DNA of 32,000 nt from Megasphaera elsdenii DSM 20460 (GCF_003010495.1 NZ_CP027570.1:2160001-2192000); one strand, 5' to 3'; positions 1 to 9,176 are shown, numbered from the stretch's first letter. The notes: generated from the letters alone by a model not told the origin. Translations and numbers: made by a program.

Positions 1-15
1 CCGCAGTGCTGCGAA

Positions 16-798
16 ATGGAGACGTACAGCATGATTAACTTTTTTGGCAAAAAGAAAGAAACTTCCGGCTCCGTATCCGAGGGGATGCTGGATCCCCATA
101 ATATTCCCCGCCACGTGGCCATCATCATGGATGGCAACGGCCGCTGGGCCAAGCGCAAAGGCTTGCCCCGCAGTTACGGCCACCGCGCCGGCGCCGATAC
201 GCTGAAGCGCATCGTCATCGCCGCCGATGACCTGGGCATCAAGGTCCTGACGGTCTATGCCTTTTCGACGGAGAACTGGAAGCGCCCTGATGAAGAAGTG
301 TCGTACATCATGAAGCTCATGAAGAGTTACTTGAGCAAGAATCTCTTGGAACTCAAGGAACACAACGTGCGGCTCCATGTCATCGGTGATATGAAGCGGC
401 TCCACCCGGATTTGCAGGAAGCCTTTGCCCAGGCCGAAGCGGACATGGCTGCCAACACAGGCCTCATCCTCAACGTGGCTGTCAATTACGGCGGCCGCCT
501 GGAAATCACCCAGGCCGCCCGCAGGCTGGCCGAAGCCGTCCAGGCCGGGACGATTCAGCCCGAAGAGATTACCGAAGCGACATTGGCCCAGTACCTGTAT
601 ACGGACCCGGAAAACGACGTGGACCTGCTCATCCGTCCCGGTGCGGACAAGCGGGTCAGCAATTTCCTCCTGTGGCAGATGGCCTATGCCGAGTTCTGGT
701 TCACCCAGCTCTGCTGGCCCGATTTCACCAAGGATACCCTGGTCGAAGCGATTCTATCCTTCCAGGGCCGGGAACGGCGCTTCGGCGGCTTAAAATAA
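16..798 (+). CDS. uppS: undecaprenyl pyrophosphate synthase (cis-prenyltransferase)
   Basis: The 260-aa ORF has the IIMDGNGRWA and LLIRPGADKRVSNFLLWQMAYAEF motifs typical of UppS. It heads the conserved uppS-cdsA-dxr cluster. The true start could be the internal Met at 31. Confidence 0.95.
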   Translation: METYSMINFFGKKKETSGSVSEGMLDPHNIPRHVAIIMDGNGRWAKRKGLPRSYGHRAGADTLKRIVIAADDLGIKVLTVYAFSTENWKRPDEEVSYIMKLMKSYLSKNLLELKEHNVRLHVIGDMKRLHPDLQEAFAQAEADMAANTGLILNVAVNYGGRLEITQAARRLAEAVQAGTIQPEEITEATLAQYLYTDPENDVDLLIRPGADKRVSNFLLWQMAYAEFWFTQLCWPDFTKDTLVEAILSFQGRERRFGGLK

Positions 799-817
799 AT
801 CAGGGAAGGTATATGAT

Positions 818-1645
818 ATGTTGGCAAAACGAATACTGACAGGCATCGTCGGCGGTGCCTTTACGATTTTTGTGATTTACGAAGGGAACTGGCTGTTTTT
901 CCTCATGATGGCCTTGTTATCCCTCGTCGCCTGGTACGAATACGGCAACCTGGTCCGCAAGCTCCATGCCGTGCCCGCAGACAAATGCGGTGCCGTCTGG
1001 CTCGTCGCCATCTTAGCAGCCTATTGGTTCGGCAGTACCAAGGCCATGCTCGTCCTGGCTCTGGGCCTGCTCTGCTGGCTCATGCTGCGGACGGTGTTCT
1101 TTCACGATAAGGTCAAGCCCGTAGACAGCGCCTATACGTTATACGGCCTGCTCTACATCGGCTGCGGCTTTCTGGCTATGCTGGCCCTGCGCAGCGGTTC
1201 CGTCGCGTCCTTCATGGGCAGCAGTTTCAGCGCCGTCATGCTGGAACCGGCGCGGTTCTTCGTCTTTCTCCTCATCTTCTCGACCTGGGCCAGTGATACC
1301 TTTGCCTTCGCCGTCGGCAAGATGATGGGCAAAGTCAAGCTCTGCCCGGCTATCAGCCCCGGCAAGACCCGCGAAGGGGCTATCGGCGGTTTCGTCGGCA
1401 CCCTGGCGGTAGCCATCATTTTCTCGCTGATCTTTAAATTCTCCGTGCTCCATGCCTTGGCCATCGGCATCATCGTCGGCATCATGGCGCCTTTGGGAGA
1501 CTTGGTCGAATCCATCTTGAAGCGCGTCTGCGGCGTCAAGGATTCGGGAAACATTATTCCCGGCCACGGCGGTGTCCTGGACCGCTTCGACAGCCTCCTC
1601 TTTGCAGCGCCGGCACTGTATGCCTATTTGATTCTGGTTATTTAA
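818..1645 (+). CDS. cdsA: phosphatidate cytidylyltransferase
   Basis: The ORF is a polytopic hydrophobic protein with the C-terminal CdsA signature SILKRVCGVKDSGNIIPGHGGVLDRFDS. It lies right after uppS. Confidence 0.9.
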   Translation: MLAKRILTGIVGGAFTIFVIYEGNWLFFLMMALLSLVAWYEYGNLVRKLHAVPADKCGAVWLVAILAAYWFGSTKAMLVLALGLLCWLMLRTVFFHDKVKPVDSAYTLYGLLYIGCGFLAMLALRSGSVASFMGSSFSAVMLEPARFFVFLLIFSTWASDTFAFAVGKMMGKVKLCPAISPGKTREGAIGGFVGTLAVAIIFSLIFKFSVLHALAIGIIVGIMAPLGDLVESILKRVCGVKDSGNIIPGHGGVLDRFDSLLFAAPALYAYLILVI

Positions 1646-1658
1646 GGAGGGCAGGGGA

Positions 1659-2804
1659 ATGAAGGATATTCTGATTTTAGGCAGCACCGGTTCCATCGGG
1701 ACCCAGGCTGTCGACGTCATCGAAGCCCATCCGGATGCCTTCCGCCTGGCCGGCGTTGCTGCCTATTCCCATTGGCAGGCCGTGGCCCGGCAGGTACAGG
1801 ACCATCAGGTGAAATGGGCCTGCATGGTCGACGAAAAGGCCGCTGACGAACTGCGCCGCGCCGTCGGCCCGGCGTGTACTGTCTTTTCCGGCAGCGAAGG
1901 GCTGTTAAAGCTCATCGATGAATGTGACGCCCGCATCGTCCTGACGTCCCTCGTCGGTGCCGCCGGTATCGAACCGACACTGCATGCCATCGAAAAGGGC
2001 ATGGACATTGCCCTGGCCAATAAAGAGACCCTCGTCGCTGCCGGCGAGCTGGTCATGAAAGAGGCCGCTGCCCGCGGCGTCCGCATCCTGCCCGTCGACA
2101 GTGAACACGGCGCTATTTTCCAGTGTCTCCAGGGACGACAGGAAGGGGAAGTGGCCAAGCTGCTCATCACGGCTTCCGGCGGCCCTCATTTCCGCCGGCC
2201 GGTGTCGGAATTTTCGTCCATCACGGTCGAACAGTGCCTGAAGCATCCGACGTGGAACATGGGCGGCAAGATCACCATCGATTCGGCGACGATGTTCAAT
2301 AAAGGCTTGGAAGTCATCGAAGCGCACTGGCTGTTCCACATGCCCTTCGACAAGATCGAAGTCGTCATCCAGCCGCAGAGCATCATCCACTCCATGATCG
2401 AGTTCATCGACGGCTCCATCCTGGCCCAGCTGGGCCTGCCCGACATGCGCCTGCCCATCCAGTACGCCTTTACTTATCCGGACCGGATGACCGTCCGCGG
2501 CGCCCGGCCCATCGACTGGAAGACCCTGGGGTCGCTGGAATTTTTCCCGCCTGATGACGAGAAGTTCCCTTCCATCGGCCTGGCCTATGAAGCGGGCCGC
2601 ATCGGCGGGACCATGCCCTGTGTCCTCAACGGGGCCAATGAAGTCGCTGTCTATGCGTTTTTGCGTAAAGAAATTTCCTTTACGCGTATTTTTGACATTG
2701 TCCGTACTGTCATGGAACGGCACACGGTCTCGCACGACGTCACCTTGGCGTCTATCCGCCAGGCCGACGCCTGGGCCCGCCGCTGTGCTGCTTCCCTGTT
2801 GTAG
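1659..2804 (+). CDS. dxr: 1-deoxy-D-xylulose 5-phosphate reductoisomerase
   Basis: It has the N-terminal LGSTGSIG NADPH-binding motif plus the LANKETLV, PVDSEHGAIFQC and NKGLEVIEA motifs. An AAGGAGG RBS sits upstream. Confidence 0.95.
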   Translation: MKDILILGSTGSIGTQAVDVIEAHPDAFRLAGVAAYSHWQAVARQVQDHQVKWACMVDEKAADELRRAVGPACTVFSGSEGLLKLIDECDARIVLTSLVGAAGIEPTLHAIEKGMDIALANKETLVAAGELVMKEAAARGVRILPVDSEHGAIFQCLQGRQEGEVAKLLITASGGPHFRRPVSEFSSITVEQCLKHPTWNMGGKITIDSATMFNKGLEVIEAHWLFHMPFDKIEVVIQPQSIIHSMIEFIDGSILAQLGLPDMRLPIQYAFTYPDRMTVRGARPIDWKTLGSLEFFPPDDEKFPSIGLAYEAGRIGGTMPCVLNGANEVAVYAFLRKEISFTRIFDIVRTVMERHTVSHDVTLASIRQADAWARRCAASLL

Positions 2805-2818
2805 AAAGGGGATTTCCC

Positions 2819-3841
2819 GTGGGTCTTACTATTTTAGCGACGATCTTCGTCTTCAGTGTCATCATCTTCGTCCATGAACTGGGCCATTTCGCGACGGCCA
2901 AGTGGGCAGGGATGCAGGTCGATGAGTTCGCACTCGGTTTTGGTCCCAAAGTGTACAGTGTACGCCGCGGTGATACAGAATATTCCCTGCGGGCCGTCCC
3001 TCTCGGCGGGTTCAACCGCATTGCCGGCATGACCGAAGATGAAGTATTGAATGAAAAGTCTTTCCTCAACAAACCCGTCTGGAAGCGCATGATCGTCATC
3101 GCTGCCGGCGGGATCATGAACTTCATCCTGGCCATCTTCCTCCTGTGGGGACTGTTCTTTGCCATCGGTACGGTGACGGTATCGCCAGAAGCCGTCGTCG
3201 GCTCGACCATTTCCGGTTCGCCGGCGGAACAGGCAGGCCTTACGGCAGGCGACCGCATCATCCGTATCGGCAATCAGGATATTTCCAAGTGGACCGATAT
3301 TTCCCAGGCCGTCGCACCGTACAGCCATGACGTCGTCACCGTGGAAATCGAACGGGACGGCCAGGTGCAGGGCGTCGAACTGGTGCCCGAAGTGGACAGT
3401 GCCTCGAAAAAGGCCATGCTCGGCGTCATGCCCATGACGACCCGCGAAGCCCATGGTTTCTTTGAATCGGCCGGCATGGCCGTCCAGCGGACGGGCGAGC
3501 TCTGCCAGCTCATGGTCGTCGGCCTCTATGATATGGTGACGGGCCGGGAAAAGGCGGAAGTCGCCGGCCCAATCGGCGTGGCCCAGCTGGCTGGCCAGGT
3601 CGCCGCTTCGGGTTTTTCCAATCTGCTCATGTTCACGGCTTTCCTCAGCATCAACCTGGGCATCTTGAATCTCCTGCCCGTACCCTTGCTGGATGGAGGC
3701 TATCTTATCTTGTTGATTCTCGAAGGAATTACGCGCCGGCGGATGCCGAAACGGGCGTTGTATTATATTCAGGTCACAGGGGCCGTCCTCTTGGGTTCCC
3801 TGTTCCTGTTCGCCATGTTTCAGGATCTCAGCCGCTTTTAG
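2819..3841 (+). CDS. rseP: RIP (site-2) zinc metalloprotease RseP/YluC family
   Basis: The ORF starts at GTG. It has an HELGH zinc motif in the first TM segment, a central PDZ-like segment and a C-terminal LNLLPVPLLDGG motif. Its position after dxr is conserved. Confidence 0.9.
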   Translation: MGLTILATIFVFSVIIFVHELGHFATAKWAGMQVDEFALGFGPKVYSVRRGDTEYSLRAVPLGGFNRIAGMTEDEVLNEKSFLNKPVWKRMIVIAAGGIMNFILAIFLLWGLFFAIGTVTVSPEAVVGSTISGSPAEQAGLTAGDRIIRIGNQDISKWTDISQAVAPYSHDVVTVEIERDGQVQGVELVPEVDSASKKAMLGVMPMTTREAHGFFESAGMAVQRTGELCQLMVVGLYDMVTGREKAEVAGPIGVAQLAGQVAASGFSNLLMFTAFLSINLGILNLLPVPLLDGGYLILLILEGITRRRMPKRALYYIQVTGAVLLGSLFLFAMFQDLSRF

Positions 3842-3856
3842 AAAGGCAGGCTTTTC

Positions 3857-4924
3857 ATGAAACGTAGAAAATCTCTTCCCGTCCGGGCTGGTTCGGTGAT
3901 CATCGGCGGCGATGCCCCCGTATCGGTCCAGACCATGTCGACGGTCAATCCGGCCCACATGGCCGAAGCCGTCGTCGATGCCCGCCGCCTGGCCTCGTAT
4001 GGGGCTGAAATCTTGCGCTTTGCCGTTCCCGATATGGAAGCGGCCAAGGGCTTGGCAGCCGTCGTCCAGGCCGTAGATATCCCCATCGTAGCCGATATCC
4101 ACTTCGATTACCGCCTGGCCCTGGCGGCCGTCGACAGCGGCGTCCAGGCCCTGCGCATCAATCCGGGCAATATCGGCGCTGACGAAAACGTCGTCAAAGT
4201 CGTCGAAAAAGTGCGTCCCAAAGGCATCCCCATCCGCATCGGCATCAATACGGGATCCCTGCCGGAGGATATCCTGGCCCAGAGCGGCGGCCATCCGACA
4301 GCAGAAGGGATGGTCGAAGGGGCATTGCGCCATATCCGCATCCTGGAACGCATGGATTACCGCAACATGGTCATTTCCCTCAAGGCTTCCGACGTCCCAT
4401 TGATGATCGAAGCTTATGAAAGATTGGCCGACAAGGTCCCCTATGCTCTGCACCTGGGCGTGACCGAAGCCGGCCTGGTCCGCGAAGGCAGCATCAAGTC
4501 GGCCATCGGCATCGGCACGCTGCTTCACGAGGGCATCGGCGATACGATCCGCGTATCCCTGACCGGTGACCCTGTCGAAGAAATCAAGGCCGGCCAGACC
4601 ATCCTCAGTTCCCTCGGCCTGCGCCATTTCGGGCCGACCCTCATTTCCTGCCCGACCTGTGGCCGGACCCAGGTCCACCTCATCGACCTGGCCCAGGAAG
4701 TCGAACAGGCCATTTCTCATCTGACCGTCCCCATCAAGGTAGCCGTCATGGGCTGTGTCGTCAACGGCCCGGGCGAAGCGCGGGAAGCCGACTTCGGCAT
4801 TGCCGGCGGCCAGGGGAAGGGCATCGTCTTTTCCCACGGCCAGGTCCTGCGCACGGTGCCGGAAGACCAGCTCGTGTCCAGCCTGGTGGAAGAAATCGAA
4901 AAAACCATTGCAAAGGAGTCTTAA
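3857..4924 (+). CDS. ispG: 4-hydroxy-3-methylbut-2-en-1-yl diphosphate synthase
   Basis: The ORF is GcpE family. It has the Fe-S cysteines in ISCPTCGR and MGCVVNGPGE and a TIM-barrel N-terminal half (RINPGNIG). Confidence 0.95.
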   Translation: MKRRKSLPVRAGSVIIGGDAPVSVQTMSTVNPAHMAEAVVDARRLASYGAEILRFAVPDMEAAKGLAAVVQAVDIPIVADIHFDYRLALAAVDSGVQALRINPGNIGADENVVKVVEKVRPKGIPIRIGINTGSLPEDILAQSGGHPTAEGMVEGALRHIRILERMDYRNMVISLKASDVPLMIEAYERLADKVPYALHLGVTEAGLVREGSIKSAIGIGTLLHEGIGDTIRVSLTGDPVEEIKAGQTILSSLGLRHFGPTLISCPTCGRTQVHLIDLAQEVEQAISHLTVPIKVAVMGCVVNGPGEAREADFGIAGGQGKGIVFSHGQVLRTVPEDQLVSSLVEEIEKTIAKES

Positions 4925-4927
4925 CTC

Positions 4928-6661
4928 ATGTTAGCATCGAAATTGTATAGTCCGACGCTGCGGGAAATCCCGGCAGACGCCGAAATCGCCAGCCATCAGT
5001 ATATGTTGAAAGCCGGGATGATCCGCAAGAACGGCGGCGGCTTGTATTCTTTCCTGCCCTTAGGCCGCCGGGTCGAACTCAAGATCGAAGCCATCGTCCG
5101 CGAAGAAATGGAAAACATCGGCGCCCAGGAAATCATGATGCCCATCATGCAGCCCGCTGAAATCTGGCATGAATCGGGCCGCTGGAATGCTTATGGTCCG
5201 GAAATGTTCAAACTGGAAGACCGCCATGGCAATCATTTCTGCCTCGGTCCGACTCACGAAGAACTGATTACGACCCTGGTCCGCAATGAACTGCGTTCGT
5301 ACAAGCAGATGCCTGTCACCTTGTGGCAGATGCAGAATAAATACCGCGACGAAATCCGTCCGCGTTTCGGCCTCATGCGCAGCCGCGAATTTGTCATGAA
5401 AGACGCCTATTCCTTCGACGTCGACGAAGAAGGCCTGCACAAGAGCTATCAGGATGAATACGAGGCTTACACGCGCATCTTCACGCGCTGCGGCTTGAAC
5501 TTCAAGCCTGTCGAAGCCGACAGCGGTCAGATCGGCGGCAACCATACACACGAATTTATGGCCCTGGCCCAGGCCGGCGAAGCCGAAATCGTATCGTGCT
5601 CGAAATGCGACTATGCAGCCGATATCGAAAAGGCCGTCCCCCAGGCCGTGGAAATGCCGGCAGAAGACGCAAAAGATGTGGAACTCATCGAAACGCCGAA
5701 CTGCTCGACCATTGAAGACCTGGCCCAGTTCCTGCACATCCCCGTAGAAAAGACGATCAAAGCCGTCGCCTTTACTATTGATGGCGAAAAGACGGTCCTC
5801 TGCATGGTCCGCGGCGACCATGAAGTCAATGACGTCGCTGTCCAGAACTTCATCGGCGGCAATGTCATCGAACCGGCCACAGAAGATGAATTGAAGGCCC
5901 ACGGCCTCCAGCCGGGCTACATGAGCCCCATGGGTGCCGACAAACCGGATAATGAAACCTTCTTCGTCCTCGTCGACCCGTCGGCTATGAACGTCCCCAA
6001 TGGCGTCACCGGGGCCAACAAGGCCGGCTATCACTACCAGAACGTCAATCCGTCCCGCGATTTCAAGGACGTCACGGTCACGACGATCCGCAACATGGTC
6101 GAAGGCGACAAATGCCCGCACTGCGGCGCGCCTGTCGAAATCGTCCGCGGCATCGAAGTCGGCCAGGTCTTTGAACTGGGCACGAAGTACTCCGAAGCCC
6201 TCCATGCGACCTTCCTCGACCAGAACGGCAAGGCGAAACCGTACGTCATGGGCTGCTACGGCATCGGCGTCACCCGTACCATTGCGGCAGCTATCGAACA
6301 GTTCCACGATGAACACGGTATCATGTGGCCTGTCGCCATTGCGCCCTTTGAAGTGGCCATCGTCCCGGTCAGCAGCAAGGACCAGGACCAGGTCCGCATC
6401 GCCGGCGACCTCTATCAGGCTCTGCAGGCTGCCAAAGCCGATGTCCTCCTCGACGACCGTAACGAACGGGCTGGCGTCAAATTCAACGACGCCGACCTCA
6501 TCGGCTATCCTGTCCGGATCACCGTCGGCAAGAAGAGTGCTGCCGAAGGGACTGTCGAAATCAAGGTCCGCCGGACTGGTGAACAGGAAGTCGTTCCCAT
6601 CGACCAGGCTGTCGCCCGCGTTCAGGCCATCTTAGCCGACCTGCGCAGCAAGAATATGTAA
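4928..6661 (+). CDS. proS: prolyl-tRNA synthetase (bacterial type with editing insertion)
   Basis: The 577-aa ORF has class II aaRS motifs (YRDEIRPRFGLMRSREFVMKDAYSF, GCYGIGVTR) and a long insertion between motifs 2 and 3. An AAAGGAG RBS sits upstream. Confidence 0.95.
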   Translation: MLASKLYSPTLREIPADAEIASHQYMLKAGMIRKNGGGLYSFLPLGRRVELKIEAIVREEMENIGAQEIMMPIMQPAEIWHESGRWNAYGPEMFKLEDRHGNHFCLGPTHEELITTLVRNELRSYKQMPVTLWQMQNKYRDEIRPRFGLMRSREFVMKDAYSFDVDEEGLHKSYQDEYEAYTRIFTRCGLNFKPVEADSGQIGGNHTHEFMALAQAGEAEIVSCSKCDYAADIEKAVPQAVEMPAEDAKDVELIETPNCSTIEDLAQFLHIPVEKTIKAVAFTIDGEKTVLCMVRGDHEVNDVAVQNFIGGNVIEPATEDELKAHGLQPGYMSPMGADKPDNETFFVLVDPSAMNVPNGVTGANKAGYHYQNVNPSRDFKDVTVTTIRNMVEGDKCPHCGAPVEIVRGIEVGQVFELGTKYSEALHATFLDQNGKAKPYVMGCYGIGVTRTIAAAIEQFHDEHGIMWPVAIAPFEVAIVPVSSKDQDQVRIAGDLYQALQAAKADVLLDDRNERAGVKFNDADLIGYPVRITVGKKSAAEGTVEIKVRRTGEQEVVPIDQAVARVQAILADLRSKNM

Positions 6662-6693
6662 CCCTGACGCATATATTATAAAGAAACTTTCAT

Positions 6694-6735
6694 AAAACGA
6701 GGAAAAAGCTTGTATTTTTCCTCGTTTTATTTTAT
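6694..6735 (+). terminator. rho-independent terminator after proS
   Basis: A perfect 14-bp stem pairs AAAACGAGGAAAAA (6694-6707) with TTTTTCCTCGTTTT (6715-6728). The loop is 7 nt and T-rich sequence follows. Confidence 0.75.
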
Positions 6736-6758
6736 ACTTTTTGTTAGTAAGCTAACAA
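6710..6758 (+). promoter_or_regulatory. putative marR promoter plus palindromic operator
   Basis: The promoter reads TTGTAT (6710-6715), a 17-nt spacer, then TATACT (6733-6738). The inverted repeat TTGTTAG-N4-CTAACAA (6741-6758) follows directly, just upstream of the marR RBS GAGGGG. Confidence 0.45.
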
Positions 6759-6772
6759 AAGAGGGGAAGACT

Positions 6773-7258
6773 ATGAGATTTGAAGCGTTTCCGACGAGGG
6801 AAGAATTGGAAGAACACGCCCGGCTCGTCCCGGAAATCGAACCATCGGCAGTCCTGGCGATGCTGCGCATTTCACAGGCTGCAGAAATCATCCGGTCGTC
6901 CATCAACGACGTCCTGACGAAACAGTATCATCTGTCCCAGGGGAAGCTGCGGGTCATGATCGTCCTGCACCAGAACCCGGAAGGGATTGCGCCGTCGCAG
7001 CTGGCGGCCAAGACCGGCGTGACCCGGGCGACGATTACGACCATGGTCAAGCGTATGGTCCGTGACGGCCTGGCGACGGTCGTCATCGACCAGGAAGACA
7101 AGCGGGGCAAGAAGGTCAGCCTCACGGCCCGGGGACGCCAGTTCATGGACCAGGTCCTGCCCGGTCATTACCTGCGCATCTCGACGCTCATGAACCGCCT
7201 CAGCGAAGACGAACAAGCCGAACTCATCCGTCTGCTGACGAAACTGAGCCAGCCATGA
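6773..7258 (+). CDS. MarR family transcriptional regulator
   Basis: It has the winged-helix MarR pattern (LSQGKLRVMIVLHQNPEGIAPSQLAAKTGVTRATITTMVKRMVRDGL...DKRGKKVSLT). I moved the start from 6710 to the Met at 6773, which has an RBS. The 5' extension in the ORF track runs through the proS terminator. Confidence 0.85.
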   Translation: MRFEAFPTREELEEHARLVPEIEPSAVLAMLRISQAAEIIRSSINDVLTKQYHLSQGKLRVMIVLHQNPEGIAPSQLAAKTGVTRATITTMVKRMVRDGLATVVIDQEDKRGKKVSLTARGRQFMDQVLPGHYLRISTLMNRLSEDEQAELIRLLTKLSQP

Positions 7259-7277
7259 TTTTCTAAGCAAATCTTAA

Positions 7278-7307
7278 CCTGGAAAGCCTTGCTTTTCAGG
7301 TTTTTTT
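7278..7307 (+). terminator. rho-independent terminator after marR
   Basis: The hairpin pairs CCTGGAAAGC with GCTTTTCAGG (one mismatch) at 7278-7300. A T7 run follows at 7301-7307. Confidence 0.6.
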
Positions 7308-7333
7308 CATTTTTCTCTGTTAGACTGGAGAAA

Positions 7334-8059
7334 ATGGAAGAGAAAGAAGGTTTGCTCATGTATCTGCCTCATGAACTCCGGCAGGACTTTCATTACCTGT
7401 CCCTGCGATCGTCTTTGCTGGAAGAAATCTCCCTGCTCTACGGCCGGCCCCTGGCGGCGGGGGACCGGATTGGACAGATCTGCCGCTGCCGCCGGCTGGT
7501 CCGCGACTTCCTGGCGGCCTGGCAGCTCCAGCCGGACCAGCCGGAATATCCCTACCTCTTAGGGGTCCTCCTGGAACGGGCGGGCCAACTGGCCCTGACG
7601 GATCAGCCCGGCCGGGCCTATGACCAGGCCGAGCAGTACTATGACCGGGCCCGGAAGCTCCTACAGCGGCAGCCGCCTGGCTCTTATAGCCGACAGCAGT
7701 ACCTGCGCCCGCTGCTGGCCCTGCTGCGCCTGTCCCTGCGCCGGCGGCAGGAAGAACGGTTTTATGCCTGGTGGGACCATTGCGGCGGCCTGCGCCGCTT
7801 CCACCGCGACGTACAGGCCCTGTTCCAGGTGCGTTGGCTCATCGTCAAGGAAGACTATGACCGGGCGGCTTTCCAGCTCCGGGATCTGCACGGCCTGGCC
7901 GGCAGGAAGAATGCTTTTTCGCCGGCCCGGGCCCGCATCCTGTCGGACATCGTTACAGCGGCCCTGCACGGTCCTGGAGCTGCTTTAAAAGGAACTTATG
8001 GTCCCTATGTCCGTCAGGTCTTATGGGACGTCCTTTTTCCGGAAAAACGCGACAAATGA
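7334..8059 (+). CDS. hypothetical protein, Arg/Leu-rich, possibly helical-repeat
   Basis: The ORF track starts at 7289, which lies inside the marR terminator, so I prefer the Met at 7334 or 7358. I recognise no family motif. The codon usage looks like the host. Confidence 0.5.
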   Translation: MEEKEGLLMYLPHELRQDFHYLSLRSSLLEEISLLYGRPLAAGDRIGQICRCRRLVRDFLAAWQLQPDQPEYPYLLGVLLERAGQLALTDQPGRAYDQAEQYYDRARKLLQRQPPGSYSRQQYLRPLLALLRLSLRRRQEERFYAWWDHCGGLRRFHRDVQALFQVRWLIVKEDYDRAAFQLRDLHGLAGRKNAFSPARARILSDIVTAALHGPGAALKGTYGPYVRQVLWDVLFPEKRDK

Positions 8060-8068
8060 CGGACTCCG

Positions 8069-8077
8069 TGTTATAAT
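8069..8077 (+). promoter_or_regulatory. putative extended -10 promoter for the mazG-hup genes
   Basis: The sequence is TGtTATAAT, with TATAAT at 8072-8077, about 40 nt upstream of the 8118 start. Confidence 0.35.
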
Positions 8078-8117
8078 GGCAGGCATAGGCATATTTGCCG
8101 AGAAATGAGGAACTGCT

Positions 8118-9137
8118 ATGGAAATCAAGATCATCCCTTTGGGCTGCGACGACCGGCCCCTGGATTCGTATGGCCGGGACGGCCAGTCCTTTGCCGAAGC
8201 TTATGCGCCTGTCATCGCCTTCCTGCTGCGTGAAAGCCGCCTCCACGCCGTCGTCCATACCGTCCCGGGCGGACCGGCCATGGCCCGGGCCGTGTGCCAG
8301 CTCCTGGAGGAAGCCCGGCGCCGTGAAGGGGACGAGGCGATGCCCTTTGACGTGACGCCCATCGTCGACGTGACGGCGCGCCTGCGCCGCGAAGACGGCT
8401 GCCCCTGGGACCGGTCCCAGACTCATCGGACCTTGCGCCGCTACCTCATCGAGGAAGTCTATGAAATGCTCGATGCCATCGACAGCCATGATATCGACGG
8501 TATCCGCGAGGAATTGGGGGATATCCTCTACCAGGTCGCCATCCACGCCCGCATTGCCCAGGAAAAAGGTCTTTTTTCGGCCCAAGATGTCGTAAAAGAC
8601 GTCACCGATAAGATGATTCGGCGCCATCCCCACGTTTTTAGCCAAAAAAGCCTTGAAAACATAGGTACGAGTATGTTAAACTGGGATAGATTAAAGCAAG
8701 GCGAACAACGCCAGCAGCATGCTCACTTGCTGGATGGTGTCGTTCCCGGCCTGCCGTCGCTCCTGGCTGCGGACAAGCTTCAGGAAAAAGCGGCCAAGAC
8801 CGGTTTCGACTGGCCCGATGTCCAGGGCGTCTGGGATAAGTTCCACGAAGAATGGGAAGAGTTCCGCCAGGCCCTTGGCGAAGGGAATCCCGTCCATGCC
8901 GAAGAAGAAGCTGGGGATGTGCTGTTCGTCTTTGCAAATTTATGCCGACACTATCATATAGAGCCGGAATGTGCGTTACATCGGGCTAACAGTAAATTCC
9001 GACGCCGCTTTGCTCACGTAGAGGACCGGGTCCGCCAGTCGGGCCGGCCGTGGGAGGCTTTTTCCCTGGATGAGCTCGACTCATTCTGGAAGGAAGCGAA
9101 ACAGATAGAACGGCAGAAAGAAAATACAGACTGTTAG
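8118..9137 (+). CDS. mazG: MazG-family nucleoside triphosphate pyrophosphohydrolase with a short YabN-like N-terminal remnant
   Basis: Tandem MazG repeats are present (DGCPWDRSQTHRTLRRYLIEEVYEMLDAI...ELGDILYQV, and a second EEAGDVLFVFANLCRHYHIEPE). The N-terminal ~85 aa resemble only a fragment of the tetrapyrrole-methylase-like domain of B. subtilis YabN (VVHTVPGGPAMARAVCQLL). Confidence 0.85.
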   Translation: MEIKIIPLGCDDRPLDSYGRDGQSFAEAYAPVIAFLLRESRLHAVVHTVPGGPAMARAVCQLLEEARRREGDEAMPFDVTPIVDVTARLRREDGCPWDRSQTHRTLRRYLIEEVYEMLDAIDSHDIDGIREELGDILYQVAIHARIAQEKGLFSAQDVVKDVTDKMIRRHPHVFSQKSLENIGTSMLNWDRLKQGEQRQQHAHLLDGVVPGLPSLLAADKLQEKAAKTGFDWPDVQGVWDKFHEEWEEFRQALGEGNPVHAEEEAGDVLFVFANLCRHYHIEPECALHRANSKFRRRFAHVEDRVRQSGRPWEAFSLDELDSFWKEAKQIERQKENTDC

Positions 9138-9176
9138 CGTTACGCAATGTAACGATTTAAAGGAGGACCTAGTAAC

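Noticed and set aside
2834-4837. A very long minus-strand ORF (667 aa). Similar long antisense ORFs occur at 1905-2735, 5060-6316, 12357-13319, 13058-14092, 15609-16817 and 19630-20661.
   Set aside because: Each lies antisense to a gene with clear family motifs (rseP/ispG, dxr, proS, murI, rdgB, rqcH and others). Their translations are low-complexity and rich in Arg, Gly, Asp and Ala. They have no RBS. Such stop-poor antisense frames are expected in GC-rich coding DNA.
4925-4927. I looked for a T-box or leader upstream of proS, and for riboswitch-sized leaders elsewhere in the core region.
   Set aside because: proS starts 3 nt after ispG. No intergenic gap in 1-18800 is longer than about 120 nt, and those gaps are accounted for by terminators and promoters.
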